A stretch of DNA of 63,789 bases, filler included, from Octopus bimaculoides (lineage: Eukaryota): NCBI RefSeq assembly GCF_001194135.2. It is 6 parts of 6 records of this genome, joined end to end, with 100 filler letters (N's around TTAATTAATTAA, not from the genome) between each part and the next. Parts side by side here need not be neighbours in the genome. Positions count along the whole stretch, not along the records: positions 12,028 to 19,652 come from NC_068992.1; positions 19,753 to 36,276 come from NC_068981.1; 4 more parts are not named here. The stretch is one strand, 5' to 3'. The number at the start of each line of letters is the position of its first letter. Position 1 is the first letter of the stretch. The notes below the pieces were generated by a model. That model saw nothing but the letters and a program-made list of their open reading frames with translations, did no database searches and was not told where the DNA came from. The translations under genes were made by a program, and so were the position numbers. This document shows positions 12,585 through 24,454 of this stretch, one piece after another.

Positions 12585-12740
12585 CTTTTATATATTTCAG
12601 CCCCAAGGCCGTGGTCATGCTGGAGCACAGGGTGTCATGACAACCGCCCTTCCATCACGGTCTGTTGCTTCAGGCAACTGCTGACAGTTACCCCTGGACA
12701 TTACCTCAGATATTGTCTCAGAATAGTCTTCGTCTGAATA
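12585..12740 (-). mobile_element. 3' terminal fragment of an RTE-like LINE ending in the SINE-A tail
   Basis: Minus-strand remnants RRRLF*DNI and QQLPEATDRDGRAVVMTPCAPA* (cf. RTE 'RW.DNI…A.DR..WR..V') run into GTGCTCCAGCATGACCAC…CTGAAA…AAAAGAATGAAAG. Confidence 0.5.
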
Positions 12741-14212
12741 TTATTAATTTGGCAAATATTAATTATTGCATTTATTAATTATACAAGCAATAATTATCTT
12801 AATGATAAATTAAGTGCATGATAATTATTTAAATTATCAATTATTGTATCTGCGTATAACCTACAATTCTCAATTAAGTCGTGTGATTATGATTATATCA
12901 GAATACAAATATTTTTCTACAATAACAGACAAAACATGACCATAAATCCCTAATTAGTTTTATCAATATTCATTCGCATCTTAATATTCTATTAATTGCG
13001 AAAATTGTACAACAGCAATTACCCGGGAGCATTATTTGTCATTGAACCAAACTACAGATATAATTAAAAATGATGCAGTTAAAAAGAACATTTAAATTTA
13101 CCCAATCTGCATGGAGGACGACTTGTTACGTGCGATATATCACAGATCCTCACAAGACCGGCTTTCACCTCTACGTGCATGACTTGTCGAAATTGTTTGT
13201 CTCGGACACCCACTTTAGAAGTGTTCATGTCTTAGTCGGTATCGTGGTGTTGTGCATTGTATTAGCTTCATCTATTGAATTGCATATTTTCTGCATATTG
13301 TGCAAAATATACAGAAAATATATTTCTAAGTCAGGTGGATTTAGCTACGCATTGTATAAATATTTGTAAGTAATTTTTACGTATTCTCTGAATGGGTATA
13401 TAAATTTTTTTATCATTCTCACGGTTCTGATAAAAAACAATAATTAAAGAAGAAAATTATATTTACTTTCAAAATTTCTTTCTTCCACAAGAAAAATATA
13501 TACTGACTTTCCGACTAGAGATAACATCTATTCGAACAATTCAAATTATACGAATAACCACAACGTCTACAACAACTGCAACAGCGGCAGAAAGAAGGGA
13601 ACAATGTTCCCTCCAGAGATAGAAACTTTTAAAAGATATTCAAGAAGCACGGAAGCAGTGCTTTTTCAAATGGTAATAAGCAAATTATGTGGATTTTCGA
13701 GCCAGCGATGTTCCTTATTTTCTTCCTCATATCATCGCATGCTTACATTTTATTTTACTCCAATGTGTAGTGAGGCGAAAAGCACCAAATCATTCTAAAA
13801 TACATAACAGCCAAAGAGATGGACTTCATCTTGGTTTCTTCCAGGAAAGGTAGTCACCTTTTATCGTTTCTTCCATGTTTTTCTAATTGGACCTGTTGTT
13901 CCTTTTGTGAGGTTTTCAATATGTACAAACATATACATAAAAAAATAGGAAGGCATATGGATGAATCATATAGTTTTAGGTGCTATCCAACTGTGCGGCA
14001 TCTTGAGCAAATGCCTTCCGGCACGCATGCCAAGCAGTACAGCATCCGTTTCCAAATTTCTGGCAGAGGGATTTGCGTCATGGTGCTGTTTTTCTTACAG
14101 AAGGTGCCCGATTGGCCCTACAGTACTGTGTGGTCGACAAAATTCAGAGACAAACAATGCCCATGGGAGAAACTGAAAATATGAAAAGGCGACAAATTTT
14201 GCCCATCACACC

Positions 14213-14250
<38 letters not shown>

Positions 14251-14340
14251 ATATATATATATATATNNNNNNNNNNNNNNNNNNNNNNNNNNNNNNNNNN
14301 NNNNNNNNNNNNNNNNNNNNNNNNNNNNNNNNNNNNNNNN

Positions 14341-14372
<32 letters not shown>

Positions 14373-14424
14373 GTGAGAGAGAGAGAGAGGGAGAGAGAGA
14401 GAGACATGGACTTTACATATCTTT

Positions 14425-14492
14425 CATACGACTGAATCCGGAACCCAGTGGCTGGAAAGCACACTTCTTAATACGCTGCCACACCTGCACCT
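14425..14492 (-). mobile_element. SINE family A 5' head fragment
   Basis: The reverse complement TAGGTGCAGGTGTGGCAGCGTATTAAGAAGTGTGCTTTCCAGCCACTGGGTTCCGGATTCAGTC matches the family A head. Confidence 0.55.
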
Positions 14493-14748
14493 AAAATAAC
14501 GGAATACTAAAGAACTGGTTTTTCATTTTTGTTTGACGGGCTAATGATTCTACCAGCTCAGTGTATACACTTACATTCACTCATGTAGCTAGATATGATT
14601 TCATACATAGATGCAGATGTAATTACTATTTGTAAAAGTTTTCACACATATGGGCGCCATAAGTACACACACATACAAATCTGGACTGTATAGTATCCAT
14701 ACGTATACGACATTTTCACGTATGTAGTAATTCTTTCTAATAAGGGCA

Positions 14749-16385
14749 TTATTATTACTATTATGATTATTATTATTAGTAGTAGTAGTATTAATATTAA
14801 GTAGTAATATTTTTATCACGTGTTCTCACTGCACTACCGAGCGCAGCTCTGTGTATCTTGTATGTGTGCTGTACTTTGTTGTGATACTCACATTTTTACT
14901 GTATTGAAAGTATTTTACGTAGGATGTGTGCGGTGCCTAGTTGTGCTATTTTCTAGATGTTATATATACTCGTTAGTCTTGGTGTTTCTATTATGTATTT
15001 GTCTGAATATTTTTTATCATACCTAATGCGCCTAATTTATAGGAACTGTTTCTGATTTTAGACTCCACATTCGATTTACCTCCATTACCAGATCTTTGTA
15101 TTTTGAAAGCTTCTCTGTTTCTTTTAGAGAAACATCATTTGTTGGTATTGATACATCGATTAGACAACATTTTTTCTTGGTGATCTCTGACAACTATATC
15201 CGGTCTATTAGTCTTGATTTTTCTATCTGTGTGTATTGGCATATCCTAGAGTATGGTTGTTTTCTCATTTTCTGTGATCTTTTCTGGCGTGTGCCTAAAC
15301 TGTCTTTTTCTCTGTTGCTATTCCATAACGTTCGCATAACTTCCAGTGTATACACATCCCATCTCTGTCATATCTGTGAATACATTCCTTCTTAGCCAGG
15401 AGTGAACAGACAGAGACAATAAGATTTATTGTTTCTTCTCCATCACTACATATTCAGTATTTACTTGTATATTCCTTCATTATACGTTTCTGGTAATTTC
15501 TGGTGGGGAGGCTTTGATCTTGTACCGCTTTCAAACATCCTTCAGTCTCTGCTTTGAGTCTTGAGCTTCTCAGCCATTGTTCGGATTGTACTTCGTTATT
15601 TCTTTTCTGTTTAGTTTAACACAATATTTGTGATGAAGGGGCTTTTCTTGCCATCGTTTTATCATGATACTTTGTTGTTTGAGTTTTAGTTTGGGTGTCA
15701 TTTGTTTTACAGCTTTTGTTGTTTCTTCCTTTTTTTTTTCATAATTGTTAAGCATTATGACTTCTTTTTTTGCATTTATCAGCTTCCTTAAAGACAGAAA
15801 ACACTTTTTTTGGTTTAGCTCGTGTTTTGGGGCTATCAGTATAGGTTTTCTTTGCTTCTGAAGCAGGTATTCCTGTAATCCAATGGTAGTTGTTCTATAA
15901 TCGATTTCCAGTCGTATAAAGCCTCTACCACCTTCAATTCGTTATATATATATAACATTTCTATGACAGATTTTGCGTTGTGCATCCTAACTTCTGTTAT
16001 TATTTTTCTAGTTTTCCTGTCTTGTTTCGTTATTTCACTTAGAGTCCAATTAAGAATATCGTAGCTGTAAATTATAACTTGGACGGCTAGAGTGTTGATA
16101 CCTATTATACGGTTTTGGGAATTGAGCTCTGTTTTCAATATTAATCAAATTCGTCTCTAGTATTCCTTTCTTATCTTCTCTTTCATTTTGGGTATTTTGT
16201 ACCGCATCTACTTCATTGATTCCTAAATATTTGTATGCCTGGCTTTGGTCTAATTCTCTTATTTCATGTGTCCTTCTAGTGTGATTTCGTTACTCTTAAC
16301 TAGTTTTCCTCTTTTCAAAATTGCTTTGGCACATTTTTACAAGCCGAATTTCATGTTTATTTCTTTGGTAAATCCATTGACTTTA
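14749..16385 (-). mobile_element. 5'-truncated, decayed R4/Dong-clade LINE (RT C-terminus, Zn-knuckle, REL endonuclease, 3'UTR)
   Basis: Minus-strand motifs KGFTKEINMKFGL, YKYLGINE, KTELNSQNRIIGINTLAV..I.YSY.ILNWT, EETINLIVSVCSLLAKKECIHRYD…IHWKLC and KIKTNRPDIVVRDH. The 3' end matches the 12028-12390 copy. Multiple frameshifts and stops. Confidence 0.9.
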
Positions 16386-16421
16386 TTATTATTATCATCA
16401 TCATCGTTATCATCATCATCA

Positions 16422-16485
<64 letters not shown>

Positions 16486-16504
16486 CATTATTATTATTAT
16501 TATT
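16383..16504. repeat. (ATT/ATC)n microsatellite
   Basis: Direct reading; it abuts the 5' break of the R4/Dong copy and an N gap. Confidence 0.95.
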
Positions 16505-16935
16505 AAGNNNNNNNNNNNNNNNNNNNNNNNNNNNNNNNNNNNNNNNNNNNNNNNNNNNNNNNNNNNNNNNNNNNNNNNNNNNNNNNNNNNNNNNNNNNNN
16601 NNNNNNNNNNNNNNNNNNNNNNNNNNNNNNNNNNNNNNNNNNNNNNNNNNNNNNNNNNNNNNNNNNNNNNNNNNNNNNNNNNNNNNNNNNNNNNNNNNNN
16701 NNNNNNNNNNNNNNNNNNNNNNNNNNNNNNNNNNNNNNNNNNNNNNNNNNNNNNNNNNNNNNNNNNNNNNNNNNNNNNNNNNNNNNNNNNNNNNNNNNNN
16801 NNNNNNNNNNNNNNNNNNNNNNNNNNNNNNNNNNNNNNNNNNNNNNNNNNNNNNNNNNNNNNNNNNNNNNNNNNNNNNNNNNNNNNNNNNNNNNNNNNNN
16901 NNNNNNNNNNNNNNNNNNNNNNNNNNNNNNNNNNN

Positions 16936-17045
16936 NGCCTTCCATCTTTGCGTGTTCGATAACATAAGTACCAGAGAAACACTGGGGTCGATGTAATCAA
17001 ATTGTCGACTCCCCCCAAATTTCAGGCCTAGAAATAGTTACTAAT
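16936..17045 (+). mobile_element. SINE family B 3' half
   Basis: GCCTTCCATCTTTGCGTGTTCGATAACATAAGTACCAG…ACTGGGGTCGATGTAATC. Confidence 0.7.
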
Positions 17046-17048
17046 ATT

Positions 17049-17245
17049 ATTACCTCCTCTTTAGCGAAGGCGAAGGTATTGTTTTTAATCGTGTTTGTTT
17101 GTTTGTCCTTGGACAGGATATCTCAAGAACCGCTGGCTGGATTCAAATGAAACTTTCAGGGATGTTTGGCCTCGTGACTGGCATGAAATGCTTAGATTTT
17201 GGGATCGATCCGGTCCCGGACAAGGATTCTGGATTATTTGTTATA
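17049..17245 (+). mobile_element. HINE/DINE-1-like (non-autonomous Helentron) 5' portion
   Basis: ATTACCTCC…GAAGGCGAAGGTATTG, a (GTTT)n tract, then ATATCTCAAGAACCGCTGGCTGGATTCAAATGAAACTT…GATCCGGTCCCGGACAAGGATTCTGGA; paralogous to 18084-18464. Confidence 0.75.
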
Positions 17246-17599
17246 TTTACTTTACATGAAATGTTGCGATCTTACGTCGACTTTCAAGTCTTTCTCTGAT
17301 TATCATCCTTCAAAGCATGCACATGGTTTCTTCGTAAGCTATGGCGGCATTGATATTTCCAAAGTTTTATTTTCGTTTCTCTATAATTAATTTTGCTCAC
17401 GTTTCTATGGATAAAGAAATCAAACAACATATAGAAACGGCAGCAAAACCGTTCATAAATTAAATAACACTAACATATTCAGTAAGAACAATAAATTTGA
17501 TTTATCCTCGACAATTTTTAGTTTTACAAATGTTGAATATATCATTCTTGTTTAAAACCTTTTACCTACTTGACAATAGCATTTCTAGCTTTGCCTTGA

Positions 17600-17865
17600 A
17601 GGAAGCTTTACTTCTTGGACTCACGTTTTGTGCGCAACGATGTTGTTAAAACTCAGTTAACTGCACCATATGCAGGTCCTTTCCGTTTTCTTTTACGTAC
17701 GGATAAACTTTTCACTATCGACCTTAATGGTCGTAAAGGCATTATATCAGTGGATAGACTTTAAAAGGTCTTCATAGAGAAAATTGTCTCTGTTCCCACT
17801 GCAGACGGCACACACACAGCATTACAAACACGGTCCAGACACCCACCTTCACTTTCCATGACTAC
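17600..17865 (+). pseudogene. Gypsy-type LTR retrotransposon integrase C-terminal (GPY/F) fragment
   Basis: Translation …THV(F)VRNDVVKTQL / APYAGPFRFLLRTDKLFTIDLNGRKGIISVDRL*KVFIE…QTRSR; matches the Gypsy pol end 'PY.GPF.VL.R..K.F.I..NG….S.DRLK…TRSGR'. Confidence 0.75.
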
Positions 17866-17867
17866 CA

Positions 17868-18045
17868 TTGGGTTCAATCAGATACCGGAGAAGGATTCTG
17901 AATTATTTTTCCGGGTTTTTTAACTTCATTTGTGGGAGCAGTCGAGTTTATTTCAGATATTCTCATTTTAAAAATCATTTCCGGCTAATCGTTGAGAGGA
18001 AGTTGGTGTTGCTTCGGCGGAGGTTTGCGATCTCTGAGTGCTCTT
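17868..18045 (+). mobile_element. HINE 3' portion
   Basis: …GAGCAGTCGAGTTTATTTCAGATATTCTCATTTTAAAA…GGCGGAGGT (subTIR) TTGCGATCTCTGAGTGC (3' hairpin). Confidence 0.75.
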
Positions 18046-18083
18046 ACTATAATTATCATCATCATCATTCATCATCATCATTA

Positions 18084-18464
18084 TTACCTCAGCCTTAACG
18101 AAGGCAGAGGTATTGATTCCAGTCGTGTTTGTTTGTTTGTTCGCTCGTCCGTGGACACGATATCTCAAGAACCACTAGATGGATTCAGATGAAACTTACA
18201 TGGATATTTTGCCTTGTGACTGGTACGAACTCATTAGATTTTGGGATCAATCCGGTACCGGACAAAGATTCTGGATTACTACTCTTGTTTTTTTTTTTGT
18301 TTTTTTTTTATTTTTGATAGCGGTCGGTTTCATTTTTAGTATTCTTGTTCATGAGAGCAGTCGAGTTTATTTCAGATATTCTCATTTTAAAAGTCACCCC
18401 TGACTAATCATTGAAAGAACATTGGTGTTGCGTTGGCGGGGGCTTGCACTCTCTGAGTGCTTTT
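18084..18464 (+). mobile_element. Complete HINE/DINE-1-like element (~380 bp)
   Basis: 5' subTIR and hairpin CTCAGCCTT-AACG-AAGGCAGAG, (GTTT)n, core, poly-T, 3' subTIR GGCGGGGG and terminal hairpin GCACTC-TCT-GAGTGC; inserted in a T-rich site. Confidence 0.8.
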
Positions 18465-18472
18465 ATTATTAT

Positions 18473-18700
18473 AGTAAAGTGGTAAGCTCGCAGAATCGTT
18501 AGTGCGCCAGGGAAAATGTTTGTTGGATTTCGTCCGTCTTTACGTTCTGAGTTAAAACGCCACCGAAGTCAACTTTGCCTTTTATCCTTTCGAGGTTTAA
18601 TAAAATAAGCACCAGTTGAAATCTTGGGTCAAAGAACTCGACTTGAACTTTCCCAACAAATGCTGGCCATGTACCAAAATTTAAAACTAATATTACCGTG
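18473..18700 (+). mobile_element. SINE family B
   Basis: GTGGTAAGCTCGCAGAATCGTTAGTGCGCCAGGGAAAATG…GAAGTCAACTTTGCCTTTTATCCTTTCGAGG. Confidence 0.8.
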
Positions 18701-19535
18701 AATCTCAACGAAATATGTAACGGTACCGGACTATTTTGTCGCTTGAGAATATGAACATCAAAGTCCAGTTTCACATTTAAACCCGAAAGCACCATAGCTG
18801 CATAATACCAACATCGTTGTGTACAGTGTCGTACTTCATTCTGACTAATCATTAAAATTAATGCATTATTTCAGAATTCTCATCATAATGTTGTGATACT
18901 TTTTTCCTTTGACAATAGGCATTAACAGTTCACAGGAAAACTGACGACATTAAAAAATTTTCTCAAGCTCATTTATATTTTTTACAATATTTGGTGAACC
19001 ATTTTGATTTTGCTTCAGTGGAATTTCGTCAAAAATGCTTAAATTCAGGAAATATATAGACAACAAAGAAATAAAGCGAAAACTAATATCTAAGGTTTCG
19101 TAGAGAATGATAGCATTAACTGTAAGAAAAACAACCTCGGCACACAATCAGTTCCACTTTCAAAGAAAATACATCAAAATGCTTTCTAATTTATTATTTC
19201 TATCGATTTGCTACAACAAAAACAACACACAGAGCATTACTTCTTAAATGTACTTACCGTGTTTATACGTACACACACATACACATGCGCGCAGACACAA
19301 ATACTCTCACACACACACACACGCACACACACATATACACATACGCATACATATGCACACTTACACCTTGACGCACAAACAGACTCACACACACACACTA
19401 AAACACACTCGTGTATGTGCGTATGTTCGCACAGTGTGTGCCTATGTTTGTATATATAGAGACATCATTTCACATGTATGCATATATGTACGTGTGTATC
19501 TATGTATTGACAGATAGATATCTAGATAGATAGAC

Positions 19536-19569
<34 letters not shown>

Positions 19570-19752
19570 GCAGACAGACACACACACAGACGCACACACA
19601 CACGCACGCACACGCACACGCACACACGCACACACACACACACACACACACANNNNNNNNNNNNNNNNNNNNNNNNNNNNNNNNNNNNNNNNNNNNTTAA
19701 TTAATTAANNNNNNNNNNNNNNNNNNNNNNNNNNNNNNNNNNNNNNNNNNNN

Positions 19753-19782
<30 letters not shown>

Positions 19783-19786
<4 letters not shown>

Positions 19787-19895
19787 ACTGCGGCCATGCT
19801 GGAGTACCGCCTTGAAGGGTTTTTTTTATTCGAATATATGGCGGTGCTCTAGCATGGCCGAAGTCAAATGACTGAAACAAGTCAAAGAGTAAAAG
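19783..19895. repeat. Inverted pair of SINE-A 3' tails
   Basis: TTTGACTGCGGCCATGCTGGAGTACCGCC (19783-19811) versus GGCGGTGCTCTAGCATGGCCGAAGTCAAA (19840-19868). Confidence 0.8.
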
Positions 19896-20465
19896 AGTAT
19901 ATATACATATATATGTCAGGTCGCTCTTGAGTGCTACTGGTACCATGTAATCCAATACAACCTGTTACATTGTCGGGTCGTCTACGACTAAACTGGCAAC
20001 CCCACCAAGCGTGCTTGGTGAGGGGATGAGGGTAACTGTTGGACACCCTGCGGGACAAAAAATAACGCCTGTCAAAGGGCGGAAGAACTACAGGGTAGTC
20101 AACGGCTATTCCACCTTTTCCCCTGTCTTTCAACTTCCGTTGCACATTCCAATCTACGCTTCATACTTCATTTAAATCATCTTTTCCACGAGTTCCTCGC
20201 TCGCACTAAACAACATAAACTCCGCTCTTTCATTTTGACCCACCCGATGTTACTAGACCCCCTCTCTCCCCTCCCTTCTTTCTCCACGATCACTTCCTCT
20301 CATCTTCACCTCACCCCTGCATTACTCCAACCCCCACGCCCTTCCTACTCATCCTCTCTCTCTCTCTCTCTCCCAAGCCTTCCACTGCCCCCTCCACCAC
20401 TCCCCACTTCAGTCTGTTATTACCATTCCTCCTGATCTCCTCTCTGAGACAGAGCGCTCTGCGGC

Positions 20466-20542
20466 GGATGTAATCGACTTAATCCCTTTGTCTATCCTTG
20501 TTTGTCCCCTCTGTTTAGCCCCTTGTGGGCAATAAAGAAATA
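20466..20542 (+). mobile_element. SINE family B 3' tail fragment
   Basis: GATGTAATCGACTTAATCCCTTTGTCTATCCTTGTTTGTCCCCTCTGTTTAGCCCCTTGTGGGCAATAAAGAAATA. Confidence 0.8.
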
Positions 20543-20925
20543 CGTTGCAGTTGTCAGAGTCTACACATTTTGTACTGCGATAACCTAATTTGGTAAGTGA
20601 TTGAGAGAAGATTGCTGAATCATGAATAAAATTCAGGTAACAAGGACAGATTCAAAGTTCACGGATGATATCAACATATACGGATGTTGAGCAGGATTTA
20701 CCACCATCGGTTAGTGCTGGCACGTGTCTCCCGACGGGTCCCATTTCAGCAGAAAGAAATAAGTAATTGCCAATGGCTGCATGAGACAGACTTTCGTTTC
20801 GGGCATTCAAATCAGAGTATATTTTACTTTGGGCGGGAATTGTCACCGATGTTACGAGCAAGACGACGTTGAAAAGAAATATTACTGCCTGGGTGAGAAC
20901 CTGTCAGAAAGAAAATATATTTGTC

Positions 20926-21158
20926 GGCGGTGAGCTAGCAGAAACGTTAGCACGCCGGGTGAAATGCTTAGCGGTATTTCGTCTGCTGCTACATTCTGAG
21001 TTCAAATTCCGCCGAGGTCGACATTGCCTTTCATCCTTTCGGGGTCGATTAAATAATTACCAGTTGCGCACTGGGATCGATGTAATCGACTTAATCCGTT
21101 TGTCTGTCCTTGTTTGTCCCTTCTATGTTCAGCTCCTTGTGGACAATCAAGAAATAAG
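20926..21158 (+). mobile_element. Full-length SINE family B with 13-bp TSD
   Basis: Head GGCGGTGAGCTAGCAGAAACGTTAGCACGCCGGG, B-box-like GAGTTCAAATTCC, core GCCTTTCATCCTTTCGGGGTCGAT; flanked by AAATATATTTGTC at 20913-20925 and 21159-21171. Confidence 0.92.
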
Positions 21159-21488
21159 AAATATATTTGTCAACGGTACTTTCGATATGAGACACATTTA
21201 TCGTCTTAAACAAAAAATAAATTTACTTTAGGTGCATATATCAATTTATGATGACTTACGTTATGAAATTTTATTCCAGAAAGTTGAGCGAGTAATATCA
21301 GAAATACAGGAATGTTATCTAAATACGGAAATATAAGCAAACTATGATAAAATACAAAATCAAGCTACTTGTCTTACAGCTTGTCTCAACTGATAAGTGT
21401 CTCAACAACAGTCGATCTAAAGTATTGAAGTGCTGCAGTCAAGTGAGAAAGAAAGTGAGAGAAACGGAATAGAAGTATATATACGAAC

Positions 21489-21546
21489 GGTGGTGCCCCA
21501 GCATGACCGCAGCTTGTGAGCTGAAACTAGTACGCAAAGAATGTAA

Positions 21547-21548
<2 letters not shown>
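21489..21548 (+). mobile_element. SINE-A/RTE-type 3' tail fragment
   Basis: GGTGGTGCCCCAGCATGACCGCAGCTTGTGAGCTGAAACTAGTACGCAAAGAATGTAAAGA. Confidence 0.6.
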
Positions 21549-21591
<43 letters not shown>

Positions 21592-21734
21592 NNNNNNNNN
21601 NNNNNNNNNNNNNNNNNNNNNNNNNNNNNNNNNNNNNNNNNNNNNNNNNNNNNNNNNNNNNNNNNNNNNNNNNNNNNNNNNNNNNNNNNNNNNNNNNNNN
21701 NNNNNNNNNNNNNNNNNNNNNNNNNNNNNNNNNN

Positions 21735-21768
<34 letters not shown>

Positions 21769-21878
21769 ATAGATAGATACATACATACATACATACATAC
21801 ATACATACATACATACATACATACTTACATACATACATATATACATACATACATACACACATACATGCATACATACAT

Positions 21879-22865
21879 ATAGCAGGTCATCTCATAAGTT
21901 CTGTTCGAATTTTGGATAAAGAAAACAAGTGATCAAATGTTATATTTAATTGAAATTTAATCATCAATGTACTTTCCCTGATTATCTATGACTTCCTTCC
22001 ATCTATTTACAAACTCTTTAATGCCATCAATGTTAAACTCTTTTGGTTTCATAGCGAAGAACTCTGAAATGTCAGTTTCGACCACCTAGCTTCTGAAAGT
22101 TATGTCCCCAAAATGATTCTGTAAACTACAAAACAAATAGTAGTCTTAAGGAGCTCTTCGATCTTCTGTGATGTGATCTTTTCAATGTGGGGTCACGCAT
22201 TGCCCTGATGAAACATCACTCATTTGCGATTCACTAAAGCGGATCTTTTTTCTTCAGTTTGGTTCAAACGCTCTAATTGATGAGAGTACACTTGAGTATT
22301 GATTGTTGCATTAGGTGGTAAGAATTCAAAGTGAATTACTCATTTGCAACTCCACCAGATAGAAAGAAAAAATGTTTGCCCATAAAGTTCCCTTCTCGGT
22401 TGTGGTTGAGCTTTTTTCCCTTTTACTAAGTCACTGTTTACGACGCTTAACATTTCGATAGAAGATCCATTTTTCGTCATCAATCAGAAGTCTATCCAAA
22501 AATGGTGAAATAAGTTCGCAAGGATGGAGGGAAGAGCAGAAGTCAACTCGGGATTTGCGATTGATTCTGAACAATTCATGAGGCACCCATTTTCCAGGTT
22601 GTTGAAGATGTCGATGAACAGTTGTATGGTTTGAACTTAGCTTTATTGTCAATTCTTCAACTGATAATGCAGGATTTTCTTCAAGTAATGCCTCAAGGAG
22701 CTTATCATTAAACTCAACGTCCTGTTGGAGCTTCATCCTCAAGGCTAAAATCTCCACTTATGAATTTTGCAGACCATCTTCTGCAAGGTCTGCAAGGTCT
22801 TTCATTTAAGCATTCTTTCCCATAAACTGAGTATATGTTTCAAGTCGCTTCGGCTGCAGAGACAG
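21879..22865 (-). pseudogene. Decayed mariner (DD34D) transposase element with right TIR
   Basis: Minus strand: SAAEAT.NIYSVYG, GDFSLEDE, TTVHRHL…WVPHEL, PFLDRLLIDDEKWIFYRNVKRRKQ, SIWWSCK*VIHFEFLP, FHQGNA*PH, DYYLFCSLQN…RWKEVIDNQGKYIDD*. The YSPDLAP segment is deleted. TIR-like sequence at ~21879-21910. Confidence 0.92.
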
Positions 22866-23320
22866 GAGTGATGTGTATGATTAGAATGAGGAGATAGGTC
22901 AAATCAAAAACAGGAGGAGAAAAAATTGAGGTGGAATGAAGAGTATAAGGGAGCCAACTTGTTCTGATTACTTGCTTTACTAATTCATTTATGAATAAAT
23001 CTGCATAAGTTGTCTGTGAATTAGCGTTTGCATAGCTGAATAGCCGATCTCTATGAAGAATCGCCAATCGTATTTGAAATACGTTTTCCAAATCGAGGCA
23101 TTTGTGAAAGCTGGAAGCGAAACTAGGCCGCTAACGACAAAATTCTCGAAATGTTTCACGTCGCTATGTCCAAAATTTTCGGGTCACTCTTGTGAAGGTG
23201 CATTGTTGTTCAAAAATATCAGCTTCGCTATTGTTCTCCACAATTTTACTAATAAAGATAATAAAATATTGTTAAATTTGTATTTATACATTTTACATTA
23301 ATGTTGAAATTATTTTCAAC

Positions 23321-23368
23321 TACACCGCCGGTCAGATAAGTGGATTTTATACACACACATACACACAC

Positions 23369-23434
<66 letters not shown>

Positions 23435-24140
23435 GCAGTTATTACATATCACACAAGAAGACATCTGCTTGGTTGGTGTCTTCTTTCTGAACCGCGATCC
23501 GTCATAATTCATGGATATACAGTCGAGGCAATTAAAAGGCCAAAAATTGGGGCGGATGTCGTAGAAATTCTCTGATGACCACTTTTAACGCATTTCGGAA
23601 GACTTCGAAGCAGTGACCAGAAGGAAGGGACACAACACGCGTTCTGGCTGCGTCTACTAACCGAAATTCGTGCCCACATTTTGAACGGGGCCTTAAGGTC
23701 AATTCAGATGGCTATATGAAACTCCTGGACACTGATCCTTCCCTGGTTGCAGAGCGTTGCTAATGGAAAGCAGTACGTGTGACAGCATGAATCGGCTTTT
23801 TGCGATACTTCCGAAATGCGTTAAAAGTAGTCATCAGAGGATTTCTACGACATCACCCGCCCCAATTTCTGGCCTCCTAATTGCTTCGACTGTAAATCCA
23901 TGAATTATGACGGATCGCGGTTCAGAAAGACACTAACCAAGGCCAAGCTGGTGGTAAAGATCAAGTAGTCATCCGAAGATCTTCCCAAGAGCATTGTGAG
24001 ACGCACACGTGCCAGATTCCGAAGCCATTGTTCGTCCATGGTGCAAGGTAAGAAAGGCTACTTTCAGTAAGCTGTTATCTCCCAGCGATATATTTTTTAG
24101 TGTTTAAGATACCCTTACTTTGTGGGGAGCGATCGTGTTT
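23321..24140 (+). mobile_element. Internally deleted Tc1/maT-like DNA transposon with an internal inverted duplication
   Basis: Plus-strand remnants KVNSDGYMKLLD…LPWLQSVANGKQYV*QH(D)SA, DFYDI..PNFWPPNCFDC..MNY, …KKGYFQ*. Degenerate TIRs near 23321 (TACACCGCCGGTCAGATAAG) and 24111-24140. Inverted arms at 23467-23601 and 23808-23943. Confidence 0.75.
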
Positions 24141-24181
24141 CCTTTTCGTTTTGAACAAACTTTCAAATTTAGCCCAACACC

Positions 24182-24305
<124 letters not shown>

Positions 24306-24408
24306 ATACATATTTATATATGTCAGAATTTTGCTTTAGAAGACAGCTCAATATGGCAGTGTCTGGATTTTGGACAGTCACTGAGAACCATGTTCCTCTG
24401 GTGTGTGA

Positions 24409-24454
<46 letters not shown>

